From: an uncultured Gammaproteobacteria bacterium
Lineage (GTDB): Bacteria; Patescibacteriota; Patescibacteriia; Magasanikbacterales; GWA2-37-8
Assembly: GCA_964596525.1 (NCBI GenBank)
Contig: CAZQUL010000001.1
Coordinates: 396,830 to 460,829 of the forward strand
Length of the DNA: 64,000 nt
Direction: 5' to 3'
How positions within the stretch are numbered: position 1 is the first letter of the stretch; each line of letters begins with the position of its first letter. Under the pieces are notes generated by a model. That model did not search any database and had not been told where the DNA came from. It was given only the letters and a program-made list of their open reading frames with translations. The position numbers and the translations under genes were made by a program. Below, piece after piece: positions 38,851-47,616 of the stretch.

Positions 38851-39319
38851 ATTTTACAAGCACTCGATGTATTTGTTTTCGACGTCGCACTTTCCACTCG
38901 CGCAGTCGGTGTCTTTATAGCACTCGGCACCCGTTCCGCAACGCGGACACGCCGTTTCCCCGCCGCAGTCCACATCAAGCTCGTCAGCCGTTCGGGATCT
39001 GTCCGTGCACAACGGCGTGCAGATGGAATTTGGGGATATTAGGCCGGTTCAACAGTCTGCCATGAGAACGCACGTACTGCCAGTTTCAGTTGGGGCAAAC
39101 CGGTTTTCGGTTTTACTGCATGTCAACCATAAGGAGCGCAGGGATGAAGAAAATATCAAGGTGAGCGAACGGTGTTTCATGAAGTGCCTCCGAATGTTGT
39201 ATGGGTGCTGTAAAGATATTTTGGCAAATAAAAATCCTGTTGAACTGGATCGATACGGATTTTGGAAAGATAACCCATGTACCAACCATAGACAACATCA
39301 TTCTTGTCAATAAAAACAA
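38851..39319 (-). pseudogene. probable decayed gene (three consecutive reading-frame fragments, last one Cys-rich)
   Basis: Minus-strand ORFs 39113..39319 and 39049..39285, plus an M-less frame 38851..39057 (..CTPLCTDRSRTADELDVDCGGETACPRCGTGAECYKDTDCASGKCDVENKYIECL), abut in three frames. Confidence 0.3.
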
Positions 39320-39375
39320 ATTCCTCGTCTGGGACGAGGAAGCGGTTGGTGAATGTCAGTGAATGGATGAATTTG

Positions 39376-39741
39376 CTATAGCCCGGACGGCGCGATCGCC
39401 TCGACCTGCACGCAGCTCAGGCTCTGGCGCTGCTCCACCGGAACGAGCTCGAGGAGCGTCTGCGTGCTCGAGAGCATCCGCGGGATGCAGCTCCAGCCGT
39501 GGGGGTCGGTCTTCGTGATGCTCTGCGGGGCAGTGCAGAATCCGCCGAATGCCTTGGCACACTCCTTCGCGCAGTCTGCGAAGGTGTGCGTGAGATAGGC
39601 GTCCCGCTCGTCGAACGTGCACGGGTCGATGTTGAAGTTGCCGGCATCGCAGGCCGTTCCGATAAAGGCTAGGAAACCGGCAGTGGCGAGCAGGGCGCGC
39701 TTGCGAATGGTCTGGCACAGGGCATCAAGTAGACGGTTCAT
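39376..39741 (-). CDS. cysteine-rich secreted protein, family member A (8 Cys)
   Basis: Signal peptide LLATAGFLAFIGTAC. Module FADCAKECAKAFGGFC...GWSCIP shared with the next two genes. Confidence 0.6.
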   Translation of the reverse strand: MNRLLDALCQTIRKRALLATAGFLAFIGTACDAGNFNIDPCTFDERDAYLTHTFADCAKECAKAFGGFCTAPQSITKTDPHGWSCIPRMLSSTQTLLELVPVEQRQSLSCVQVEAIAPSGL

Positions 39742-39910
39742 GGGTTCCCTCCTGGAGTTTCAAGATACGAGATAGCGCTCGGAGCTTCCCGAGTAAAGCA
39801 CGGATCGTTATTTTTGTAAAGGATAGACGTTAAAAAGTCACTTGCGACCCTTAAAAACAAGGCACCCCCGAACTCAGAGAGTGTCGGGGGGTTAGGGGGC
39901 CGTAGCCCGG

Positions 39911-40525
39911 TTACTTCATGGTGGTCACCGTGACCTGCGTGGCCTGGATGCAGCTTCCGTTCCAGCCGAGCTTGGCCGGGAGGAAGTTCTCCGCGGGCAG
40001 GTAGGAGGCAGCGCCGTTGAAGGGTAGGCAGATCCAGGCGTTATCCTGGTGCCGGCTCTCCTTGAGAGCGACGCAGTAGCCGCCCTGCTCCTTCTCGCAG
40101 GTCGCGACGCACGAATCGAAGTTCTGGTTCGCGTACATCGGCTGCGGAATGCAGTTCGAGATCTCGATCGCGGTCATGTAGCCTTCGCCCTTGCAGGCGA
40201 GGCGCTCCTCCGCGGTGAGCTTCTCCTGGACCGACTGCCCGGCGCGATCCTTCTGGATGCAGCGCCAGACCTTCAGGTCATCCGTCGTCATGCCGGCAGC
40301 CGCCTGCTCTTTGGTCGGCACCGCCATATAGGCAGTGGTGGCGCACCAGCCGCCAACCGTACCGACGCCGCAGGTGTCAGTGCACTCCTTCTTGGTCTGC
40401 GTGCCGGCGACCGTGCAGGTGTTGGCCGCGTAGTCGTAGTCGACGATGATGCAGCCCGAGCCGAAGATGGTGAAGAGGGCGACGATGAAGGCACGACGGG
40501 CGAACTGGGAGATGATCGTGGTCAT
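39911..40525 (-). CDS. cysteine-rich secreted lipoprotein, family member B (two modules)
   Basis: Lipobox FGSGC. Modules CTDTCGVGTVGGWC and FDSCVATCEKEQGGYC...AWICLP. Confidence 0.6.
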   Translation of the reverse strand: MTTIISQFARRAFIVALFTIFGSGCIIVDYDYAANTCTVAGTQTKKECTDTCGVGTVGGWCATTAYMAVPTKEQAAAGMTTDDLKVWRCIQKDRAGQSVQEKLTAEERLACKGEGYMTAIEISNCIPQPMYANQNFDSCVATCEKEQGGYCVALKESRHQDNAWICLPFNGAASYLPAENFLPAKLGWNGSCIQATQVTVTTMK

Positions 40526-40774
40526 GGGCGGACTCCTTGGTGTGGTACCAACCTGGGAAAGGTCGGCGGTAATGAACAGTAGTTGCTTGTCAAGCTATTC
40601 TCGGGATAACCGATCTGTTAGCTTAACAAGTAAGTATACCATATTTTTACGCCTTTGTCAAGACTATAATGGAGCTTATGTTAGCCAAAAAAACTTATGG
40701 TATCGATTTGGCTAAAACAAGCGTTCTAAACTAAAAACCGGTCCAAAAGGCCGGTTTACAGGGGGTTAGGAAGG

Positions 40775-40933
40775 TTATTCTTCGGGCATGAGCGGTAATC
40801 CGCAAAAACCATTCTGGTAGATACCACCTTGTTTTTCACAGCTTTGCTGTGCAACTTGGTCCGGATTGCCGCATGGACCGCTGAAAATCGCAAGACTCGC
40901 CAGTAAAAACCATCTTAAACGATGTTTCCACAT
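40775..40933 (-). CDS. cysteine-rich secreted mini-protein, family member C (52 aa)
   Basis: GGAGGT SD, 5 nt, ATG. MWKHRLRWFLLASLAIFSGPCGNPDQVAQQSCEKQGGIYQNGFCGLPLMPEE. Same C-E-K-x-GG-x-C module. Below the ORF-track length cut-off. Confidence 0.5.
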   Translation of the reverse strand: MWKHRLRWFLLASLAIFSGPCGNPDQVAQQSCEKQGGIYQNGFCGLPLMPEE

Positions 40934-41031
40934 AGGTTACCTCCAGGCCGCATTGTACCATATGTTTCGGCGGCCTCAACGAACTCTTGTCCTGAGGTGC
41001 CTATTCTGTTAAGGTAATCCAGTATTACTAA

Positions 41032-41709
41032 TTGTTTATCATGAAAAAAATCATCATCTTGCTCGGCTTGCCGGGTTCTGGCAAAGGTACGCAGGCTAAA
41101 CGCCTTGCAGAACGTTATGGGTATACGCATATCTCAACCGGGGACTTACTGCGGTCGTTGGTTCAAAACCCAACTCATTCACCGGCAGAACAGGAAGCGC
41201 TGGAACGTATCGCCAAAGGCGAGCTTGTCGACGATAATTTCATTTTCGATCTGGCGTTTGCCGAAATCGAACGGGTGATGGCAGTGGGCAGCGGCGTAGT
41301 TCTGGACGGCGCCGTGCGCACGCTGAAACAGGCCGAAGGGTACCAGAATTTTTTTGCCAGCAAAGGATGGGATGCAGAAACAATTGTCATTGAAATCGCG
41401 CTCACCGAAGAGGTGGCCCGCGTGCGCGTTAGTTCGCGCAAGATTTGCACGGTATGCAATATGATTTTCCCGAATCCGGCTTATCCGCGCGTCGATACGG
41501 TGTGTCCGGCGTGCGGCGGAGCGCTTGCTGCGCGAGCTGATGATCGTGAAGATGTGTTGGAGAATCGTTTTGTGACGCAAGGTGAAAAGAATCTTGCCCC
41601 GATCCGTAAATTCTATAACTCTCTTGGACTGCTTTCAGTCATCAATGGCTTGCAGAGCTTTGATGATGTTGAGCGAGATATTGTTGCGCTGCTCGAAGCC
41701 GCCTCTTAA
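41032..41709 (+). CDS. adk: adenylate kinase (zinc-lid type)
   Basis: GLPGSGKGTQA P-loop. LID with CTVCNM...CPACGG. Confidence 0.85.
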   Translation: MFIMKKIIILLGLPGSGKGTQAKRLAERYGYTHISTGDLLRSLVQNPTHSPAEQEALERIAKGELVDDNFIFDLAFAEIERVMAVGSGVVLDGAVRTLKQAEGYQNFFASKGWDAETIVIEIALTEEVARVRVSSRKICTVCNMIFPNPAYPRVDTVCPACGGALAARADDREDVLENRFVTQGEKNLAPIRKFYNSLGLLSVINGLQSFDDVERDIVALLEAAS

Positions 41710-41854
41710 GCGGAGAACTATATGTTAAAGTAAGGTGGTCGCATTCTGACAAGCGGCGCTTCAAGCCGCGCATCGTCTTTCTTGTAATAGGAAATGCGTG
41801 CGCGGCTTTGTAGTTTTGGTCGCGAATCAAAAAAGCACGAATGAATGTTCGTGC

Positions 41855-42123
41855 TTACGGTGCCTCGCTGGATGCTGGTTTTGTGGTGGACAAGGGTGGT
41901 AGGTATCGTTCTACGGCTTCGATTGCGTATGATCCAAACGCGGTCATGATCGCGAATGCGCACCAGTAGATCACGTAGTAGCGCACCGGAAACGGAGTTT
42001 TCGTCAGCTCGCACATGATTCCCGCTGCCGGCAGAAATAGAGCGGCGAGAGCGGCACTCATCGCGAAGCTCAGAATGATCGTGGTTATGCGTTCGGAGCG
42101 ACGGTTCTCTGTCTGTGGTTCCA
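41855..42123 (-). CDS. small two-TM membrane protein
   Basis: Internal Met MEPQTENRR of ORF 41855..42478. Two hydrophobic helices. Confidence 0.35.
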
Positions 42124-42311
42124 TCTTGATTGTCCTGTGTAAACGCGGTGATTGCATTTCTGCAGCATGTCCGTAGTTTCCCAGCGAAACACTATTTTTG
42201 TCAAGGAACATTCTTAAAGATAAGTTCCCTGCTATTTCCTGTAGCTGTGCGTTGCTCAGAGGGTTGAGATGCCTTATAGTACCGGTACTTTTGTTGCCAG
42301 ATCTTACCGAT

Positions 42312-43466
42312 ATGAACCTTTTTGAATACGAAGGAAAAAATCTTTTTGAAAAGTATGGTATCCGCGTTCCGCGCCGCGTGCTCGTTCGCTCTCTTAACGA
42401 GATTGAACTCGCGTATCGTTCCATTGGTGTTTCGGATGTTGTGGTTAAGGCGCAGATCCTTGCTGGCAAGCGCGGCAAAAGCGGTGGAGTGAAATTTTGC
42501 TCGACGCTACAAGAGGTGTGCGAAGCGGTTAGGATGCTCCTTGGTTCGGCAGTGCTCGGCTATAAGGTAAAGGCCGTGCTTATCGAAGAAAAACTCGCGA
42601 TTGCCGAAGAGCACTATCTCTCAATCAGTTACGATACTGCTGTGCGCGCTCCGCTTTTTGTATACAGTTCAGTCGGTGGCATGGAGATTGAAGACGCGCC
42701 AGAGACAGCACTTGTCCGCCGCCTTTGTGATGTGCGCAGCATTCACGCGCCTGGTAGCCAGCCTTTTGCAGCAGAAGCGTGGAAGTGCTTTTTGGCCGAG
42801 GATGCGCGCGTTGTCGAAATTAATCCGCTCGTTAAAACTACAAATGGTGAGTGGTATGCCGCAGATGCCAAAGTCGCGCTCGATGATGATGCTTTTTTCC
42901 GCCACCCGGAATGGAAAGACGTTGAGCCCCGCACCAGCCTGCCACGCCCTCCTACGGAACGCGAAAAGTCTGCTGCCACAATAGATGAAGGCGAGGCATA
43001 CTACCGCGGCACGGCGAGCAAATATATCGAGCTCGACGGCGATATTGCCATTCTTTTTTCCGGCGGTGGGGCTTCGATTGCGAACATGGACGCGCTTATA
43101 AAAGCGGGTGGAAAGCCAGCTAACTATACGGAATATTCCGGTAATCCGCCGCGTGAGAAAGTGGCTGCGCTTGCCCATGTTGTGCTGTCAAAGCCAGGCC
43201 TCAAAGGTCTTTGGATCGCGGGTGGCGTGGCGAATTTTACAGATGTCGCCGAGACGTTCCATGGTATCGTCGACACGCTCGACAACGTAAAGCCATCGTA
43301 CCCCATCGTCGTACGCCGCGCCGGACCGAACGAAGCGGAAGGGATGCGGATTATGAATGAATGCGCCGTGCGTAACGGATTGAGCATGAAGTTGTTTGGT
43401 AAAGAAACATCGATGAGCGCAACGGCTGAAGTGCTGATGGAGATGGTAAAAGAACAGCGTGCATAA
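42312..43466 (+). CDS. sucC: succinyl-CoA synthetase beta subunit-like (ATP-grasp) protein; candidate citryl-CoA synthetase large subunit
   Basis: Start MNLFEYEGKNLFEKYGIRVP. KAQILAGKRGKSGGVK. Full SucC architecture. Confidence 0.8.
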   Translation: MNLFEYEGKNLFEKYGIRVPRRVLVRSLNEIELAYRSIGVSDVVVKAQILAGKRGKSGGVKFCSTLQEVCEAVRMLLGSAVLGYKVKAVLIEEKLAIAEEHYLSISYDTAVRAPLFVYSSVGGMEIEDAPETALVRRLCDVRSIHAPGSQPFAAEAWKCFLAEDARVVEINPLVKTTNGEWYAADAKVALDDDAFFRHPEWKDVEPRTSLPRPPTEREKSAATIDEGEAYYRGTASKYIELDGDIAILFSGGGASIANMDALIKAGGKPANYTEYSGNPPREKVAALAHVVLSKPGLKGLWIAGGVANFTDVAETFHGIVDTLDNVKPSYPIVVRRAGPNEAEGMRIMNECAVRNGLSMKLFGKETSMSATAEVLMEMVKEQRA

Positions 43467-44283
43467 TTTTTTGCGTACTTCTAATCTTAAAATTCACATA
43501 GCTATGTTGCCCGCCCTTACTCTCGCCACTTCTTTAACTGGCACTCCGCTTCTTTGGAGTGCAGCCGATCGTCTCCGCCACCTCCACATCATCGGTAAAA
43601 GCGGTTCAGGCAAATCGACGCTCCTCGCCCACCTCGTGCGGCAAGATATCGAGTGCGGTACGGGTGTGCTTGTACTCGATCCGCACGGCGATCTTCTCGA
43701 TATGATCGAGAAAGAATTATCTCCCGATCATGCCGGAAAAGTGAGTCTTATCCGCATCATCGATGCGAATACGGCCGAAGCGCAGTGCCAGGCGATTGAT
43801 CTTGCTTCGATTCTGAATGGCGGAAAAACAACTCTTGTTAGTCTTGGCAAAGGACGTATCGGCGAAGAGCTTAGCACTCGCCTAGGGCGAGAACTTCTTG
43901 CTCGGTTTGTGGCCGCAATGCTCGCCCGGCGCGGAAAAGAAGAGGTTTCTCCCTGCGCGCTTTACCTCGACGAAGCACCCACCTGGTGGCACCAGGATCT
44001 TGAACCACTCCTCACTCAAGCGCGGAGCTCTGGCGTGAGTGTCACGCTCGCACATCAGTACCTTGAGCAGTTTGACGAGCCGACTACTGATCTTATTCTT
44101 GGTAATGTCGGTTTGATGGCTCTGTTTAGGATTGGCATGTATGATGCAGAACGTCTCGAACCCGAGGTAGCGCCTGCGTTCAACAGAGAAACACTCACGA
44201 CTCTGCCCGAACGCCATCTCATCATCAAGAACGCTTCGACGCGCGAAGTGCACGAAGGTGTTCTTGTGGCCTCCAAATTATAA
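43459..44283 (+). CDS. compact HerA/FtsK/TrwB-like P-loop ATPase
   Basis: HLHIIGKSGSGKSTLL (Walker A) followed by VLVLDPHGD. LYLDEAP (Walker B). QARSSGVSVTLAHQ matches the family motif. Confidence 0.5.
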   Translation: MHNFLRTSNLKIHIAMLPALTLATSLTGTPLLWSAADRLRHLHIIGKSGSGKSTLLAHLVRQDIECGTGVLVLDPHGDLLDMIEKELSPDHAGKVSLIRIIDANTAEAQCQAIDLASILNGGKTTLVSLGKGRIGEELSTRLGRELLARFVAAMLARRGKEEVSPCALYLDEAPTWWHQDLEPLLTQARSSGVSVTLAHQYLEQFDEPTTDLILGNVGLMALFRIGMYDAERLEPEVAPAFNRETLTTLPERHLIIKNASTREVHEGVLVASKL

Positions 44284-44292
44284 CTTATCTCT

Positions 44293-44745
44293 ATGTCCTC
44301 GTACTCCAAAAACCGCCACACCAATATTCCGGCAGCGTACGTCGTTTTCATGCATAATGATGACGTGCTTTTGCTGCGCCGTTACAACACCGGGTACCAA
44401 GATGGCAAGTATTCGCTTGTTGCCGGACATGTCGAAGCCGAAGAAAGTTTTAGCGCTGCAGCAGTGCGCGAAGCGCTCGAAGAGGCCGGAGTAGGCGTGG
44501 CCCCCGAAGATCTCGAATTTGCGCATATGACGCATCGTCGCGCCGAGGACAGCGAGCGCGTGGATGTGTTTTTCGTTGTCAGGAAATGGCACGGTGAGCT
44601 TACTAACCGCGAACCGGAAAAGTGCGATGACTTGTCGTGGTTCAATATCCGCAGCCTGCCGGACAATCTCATTCCCTATGTCCGCCAAGCTCTCGAAGCG
44701 ATCCGTGACAAAAAAGCATATAGTGAGTGGGGGTGGAAGAAGTAA
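44293..44745 (+). CDS. NUDIX hydrolase
   Basis: Nudix box GHVEAEESFSAAAVREALEEAGV. Confidence 0.8.
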   Translation: MSSYSKNRHTNIPAAYVVFMHNDDVLLLRRYNTGYQDGKYSLVAGHVEAEESFSAAAVREALEEAGVGVAPEDLEFAHMTHRRAEDSERVDVFFVVRKWHGELTNREPEKCDDLSWFNIRSLPDNLIPYVRQALEAIRDKKAYSEWGWKK

Positions 44746-44760
44746 TTTTTTTGGAGGAAT

Positions 44761-45654
44761 ATGGGCATCTTACTCTCGAAAAACATGACGGTTCTCGTGC
44801 AGGGCATGACCGGTAAAGAAGGCCAGAAAAATACGCGGGCAATGCTTGACTACCATACGAACGTTGTCGCTGGTGTTACGCCCGGTAAGGGTGGGCAAGA
44901 GGTGGAGAGCAAGCCGGTGTATAATTCCGTTCAGCAGGCGGTCGATAACCATGGATTATTTTCTGCCTCTGTCATTGTAGTACCCCCCTTTGCCGCCAAA
45001 GCGGCGATACTCGAAGCTATTAATGCCGGTATCCCGTTCATCAATATTTTGGTTGAACGTATTCCGCTTCAAGATGCAGCTTACTGCCTCGCCGCTGCGC
45101 GCGAACAACGTATCCGTCTCCTTGGCCCCAGTTCGCTCGGCGTGCTCGTTCCGGGCGTTGGGCGTCTCGGCGTTGTCGGAGGTCCGCTCGTCAACGAAAT
45201 TTTTACGCCCGGATCGGTTGGCATTATTTCGCGCTCTGGCGGTATGACAAACGAGTTGTCATGGCAGATGCGACGTGCGGGTTTTGGCCAGAGCGCGGCG
45301 GTGCATGTCGGGGGCGATCTTCTTATGGGTACAACATATGCCGAACTCCTTGAGCTCTTTGAAGCTGATCCGGCTACCAAGGTCGTTGCCATCTTCGGCG
45401 AGCATGGCGGGAGTTATGAATTTGAAATCGTCGAGCTTGTTAAGCCAAAAAAATTCACCAAACCACTCGCGGTATATATCGGCGGTAAATTCGCGAGTAT
45501 GTTTCCCGAAGGGATGACTGTTGGCCACGCGGGTGCGATCGTTGGGCGCGGGCAGGGCGCGAACGAGAAAGAACAAGCACTTAAAGAAGTAGGGGTGATG
45601 ATCGCAGAAAGGTATGAGGAGTTAGTGGAATTGGTGCGGCCTTACGCACAGTAA
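44761..45654 (+). CDS. sucD: succinyl-CoA synthetase alpha subunit-like (CoA-binding) protein; candidate citryl-CoA synthetase small subunit
   Basis: VLVQGMTGKEGQ. Phospho-His loop MTVGHAGAIV. Confidence 0.8.
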   Translation: MGILLSKNMTVLVQGMTGKEGQKNTRAMLDYHTNVVAGVTPGKGGQEVESKPVYNSVQQAVDNHGLFSASVIVVPPFAAKAAILEAINAGIPFINILVERIPLQDAAYCLAAAREQRIRLLGPSSLGVLVPGVGRLGVVGGPLVNEIFTPGSVGIISRSGGMTNELSWQMRRAGFGQSAAVHVGGDLLMGTTYAELLELFEADPATKVVAIFGEHGGSYEFEIVELVKPKKFTKPLAVYIGGKFASMFPEGMTVGHAGAIVGRGQGANEKEQALKEVGVMIAERYEELVELVRPYAQ

Positions 45655-45665
45655 TATCTAAATAT

Positions 45666-46106
45666 ATGAAAGCAGGTGTTGACCATGTTGGTGTAGCAGT
45701 AGCATTTTTTTGCCATGATGGTGCCGGTAATTTTTTGATGCACAAACGCAGTGAACGGTGCCGTGATGAACAAGGAACATGGGATATAGGCGGAGGAAAG
45801 CTCGAGTACGGAGAAACGATTGACGAGGCTGTCATGCGTGAACTTGCAGAAGAGTATGGTTGTGTGGGTAGTATCGAAGAACGCTTACCGCCGAATACCT
45901 ATCTACGTGTCGATGGCAACGAACGACGTCATTGGGTAATCATTCCGCACATCGTGCGCGTCAAGCGAGAAGATGCTAAACTGAACGATCCAGAGAGTAT
46001 GACCGAAATGGCCTGGTTTAAACTCGACTTTTTGCCCGAACCGCTCCATTCCGGAGTAAAGTCCGATATCGAGCGCTATGCGGCCTCTTTGCAAAAGTAT
46101 TGCTAA
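45666..46106 (+). CDS. NUDIX hydrolase (second copy)
   Basis: Nudix box GGGKLEYGETIDEAVMRELAEEYG. Confidence 0.8.
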   Translation: MKAGVDHVGVAVAFFCHDGAGNFLMHKRSERCRDEQGTWDIGGGKLEYGETIDEAVMRELAEEYGCVGSIEERLPPNTYLRVDGNERRHWVIIPHIVRVKREDAKLNDPESMTEMAWFKLDFLPEPLHSGVKSDIERYAASLQKYC

Positions 46107-46858
46107 GCGTTCCTCGTATGCACTTCACTACCGCTCTCTCCACTATCAAAGACGGCCGCGAAATCATCCGCGGCCTGCCGCTCGAAGAGCTTGTTAAAAC
46201 CAGAACGTTTCTCGAGAACGCGGTTTTTCTCATCCGCGGCACGTTTCCGGCTGCTGCCGAACTCAAACTCCTCAACATGGTTTTTTCGGCGGCTATTGAT
46301 CATGGCGTGGGTGCGCCCTCAACGACTGTAGCTCGCATCGCTGCTTCCACCAATTCAACCACTTCTAACCTGCACGCCATACTCGCGGCCGGTATTCTTA
46401 CTATGGGTGATCAGCATGGCGGAGCGATAGAAACCGCTGCCCGCATTTTTCTCGAACTCGCCGACCAGACCGACGACGCGCTTCGGTCGTGGCTTTCCGA
46501 CATGAAATTTATCAAGATGAAAGTTCCAGGGTTTGGCCATCGGGTTCTCGCTACTGATCACCGCGCCGAGTTGCTTCTTGCCCAAGCGGATGAGCTTGGT
46601 CTGTCTGGTAAAGCCTGTCGCGTAGCAGAGCGCATCCATAAACTCCTCAACGAATCATCGTCAAAACCGCTCCCCCTCAACATTGATGGCGCTATGGCGG
46701 CGGTGCTGGCAGATCTTGGGTTTGCACCCGAGTGTATGAAGGGCCTATTTATTTTTGCGCGCCTCCCCGGGCTTATCGCGCACTGTGTGGAGCAGGTCGG
46801 CAGCGGCGAAGGTGTAAAACGTCTTTCTTTGGACGAAGAGATATATACTGGACCGTAG
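46100..46858 (+). CDS. short citrate-synthase-family protein (citryl-CoA lyase-like, about 250 aa)
   Basis: Citrate synthase signatures: MGDQHGGAIE (HGG loop), GFGHRVL..DHRAE (G[FY]GHRV...DPR), NIDGAMAAVL, ARLPGLIAHCVEQ. Lacks the N-terminal approximately 120 aa of full citrate synthases. Confidence 0.65.
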   Translation: MLSVPRMHFTTALSTIKDGREIIRGLPLEELVKTRTFLENAVFLIRGTFPAAAELKLLNMVFSAAIDHGVGAPSTTVARIAASTNSTTSNLHAILAAGILTMGDQHGGAIETAARIFLELADQTDDALRSWLSDMKFIKMKVPGFGHRVLATDHRAELLLAQADELGLSGKACRVAERIHKLLNESSSKPLPLNIDGAMAAVLADLGFAPECMKGLFIFARLPGLIAHCVEQVGSGEGVKRLSLDEEIYTGP

Positions 46859-46863
46859 AGTAT

Positions 46864-47604
46864 ATGGAGTACATCAAAGAATATACCAAACTTACGCCGC
46901 AGGAATACCGCCAGCTGGCCTACAAACGGCGCTTCAAGCGCGATCAGCCTGCTTGGGACGATTCCATGATCAGGCTGCGCGATTGGTGTGGAACCTATAT
47001 CCCACGTGGCGCTACGCTGCTTGATTTTGGCTGTGGACGTGGTAACTTTGTCATCGATGAGCTCAAAGGCCATTTTGGTGCCACAACTGGTATCGATGTT
47101 AGTACCGAGGCAACCGAGGGCAACATCTCGGTTGACCGCGTAGCGATCGCTCCGCCGGGCGCCTTGCCGTTTCCTGATGCATCGTTTGATGCCGTAGTTT
47201 CTCTGTGGGTGCTCGAGCACCTGCCACGCCCTGTGGAAACGTTCGCCGACATCGCACGCGTGCTCAAACCCGGCGGCTACTTCGCGTTTGTTACGCCGAA
47301 TAAAAAATCGCTTCTCGTAACGCTGCGGCGCCTCATGCCGGACAAACTCTCTGATCGTCTCACCAGCTGGCTTTACGGTCGTACCGAAGACGATATTTTT
47401 GACGTGTATTATCGCGCCAATACCGCGCAAGATATCGCGGCGCTCGCCAAGCAGTCCGGTTTTCACATCGCTGTCTTAGAAGAAAACGCCGATCCGTCGT
47501 ACACATCGTTTAATACTTTTACTTACCGATTGTCGAGTTTTTTCAGCTGCCGCCCCTCGCCGTTTTTTAAACCGCATCTTATTGGAATGTTAAAAAAACG
47601 CTAG
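46864..47604 (+). CDS. class I SAM-dependent methyltransferase
   Basis: LLDFGCGRGN motif I. Methyltransf_11-like. Confidence 0.7.
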   Translation: MEYIKEYTKLTPQEYRQLAYKRRFKRDQPAWDDSMIRLRDWCGTYIPRGATLLDFGCGRGNFVIDELKGHFGATTGIDVSTEATEGNISVDRVAIAPPGALPFPDASFDAVVSLWVLEHLPRPVETFADIARVLKPGGYFAFVTPNKKSLLVTLRRLMPDKLSDRLTSWLYGRTEDDIFDVYYRANTAQDIAALAKQSGFHIAVLEENADPSYTSFNTFTYRLSSFFSCRPSPFFKPHLIGMLKKR

Positions 47605-47616
47605 ATTTTATTTTGT

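Noticed and set aside
42198-42311. ORF-track start of sucC at 42198 (MSRNILKDKF...)
   Set aside because: The conserved SucC N-terminus begins at MNLFEYEG (42312). The upstream part overlaps the divergent small membrane gene and its promoter region.
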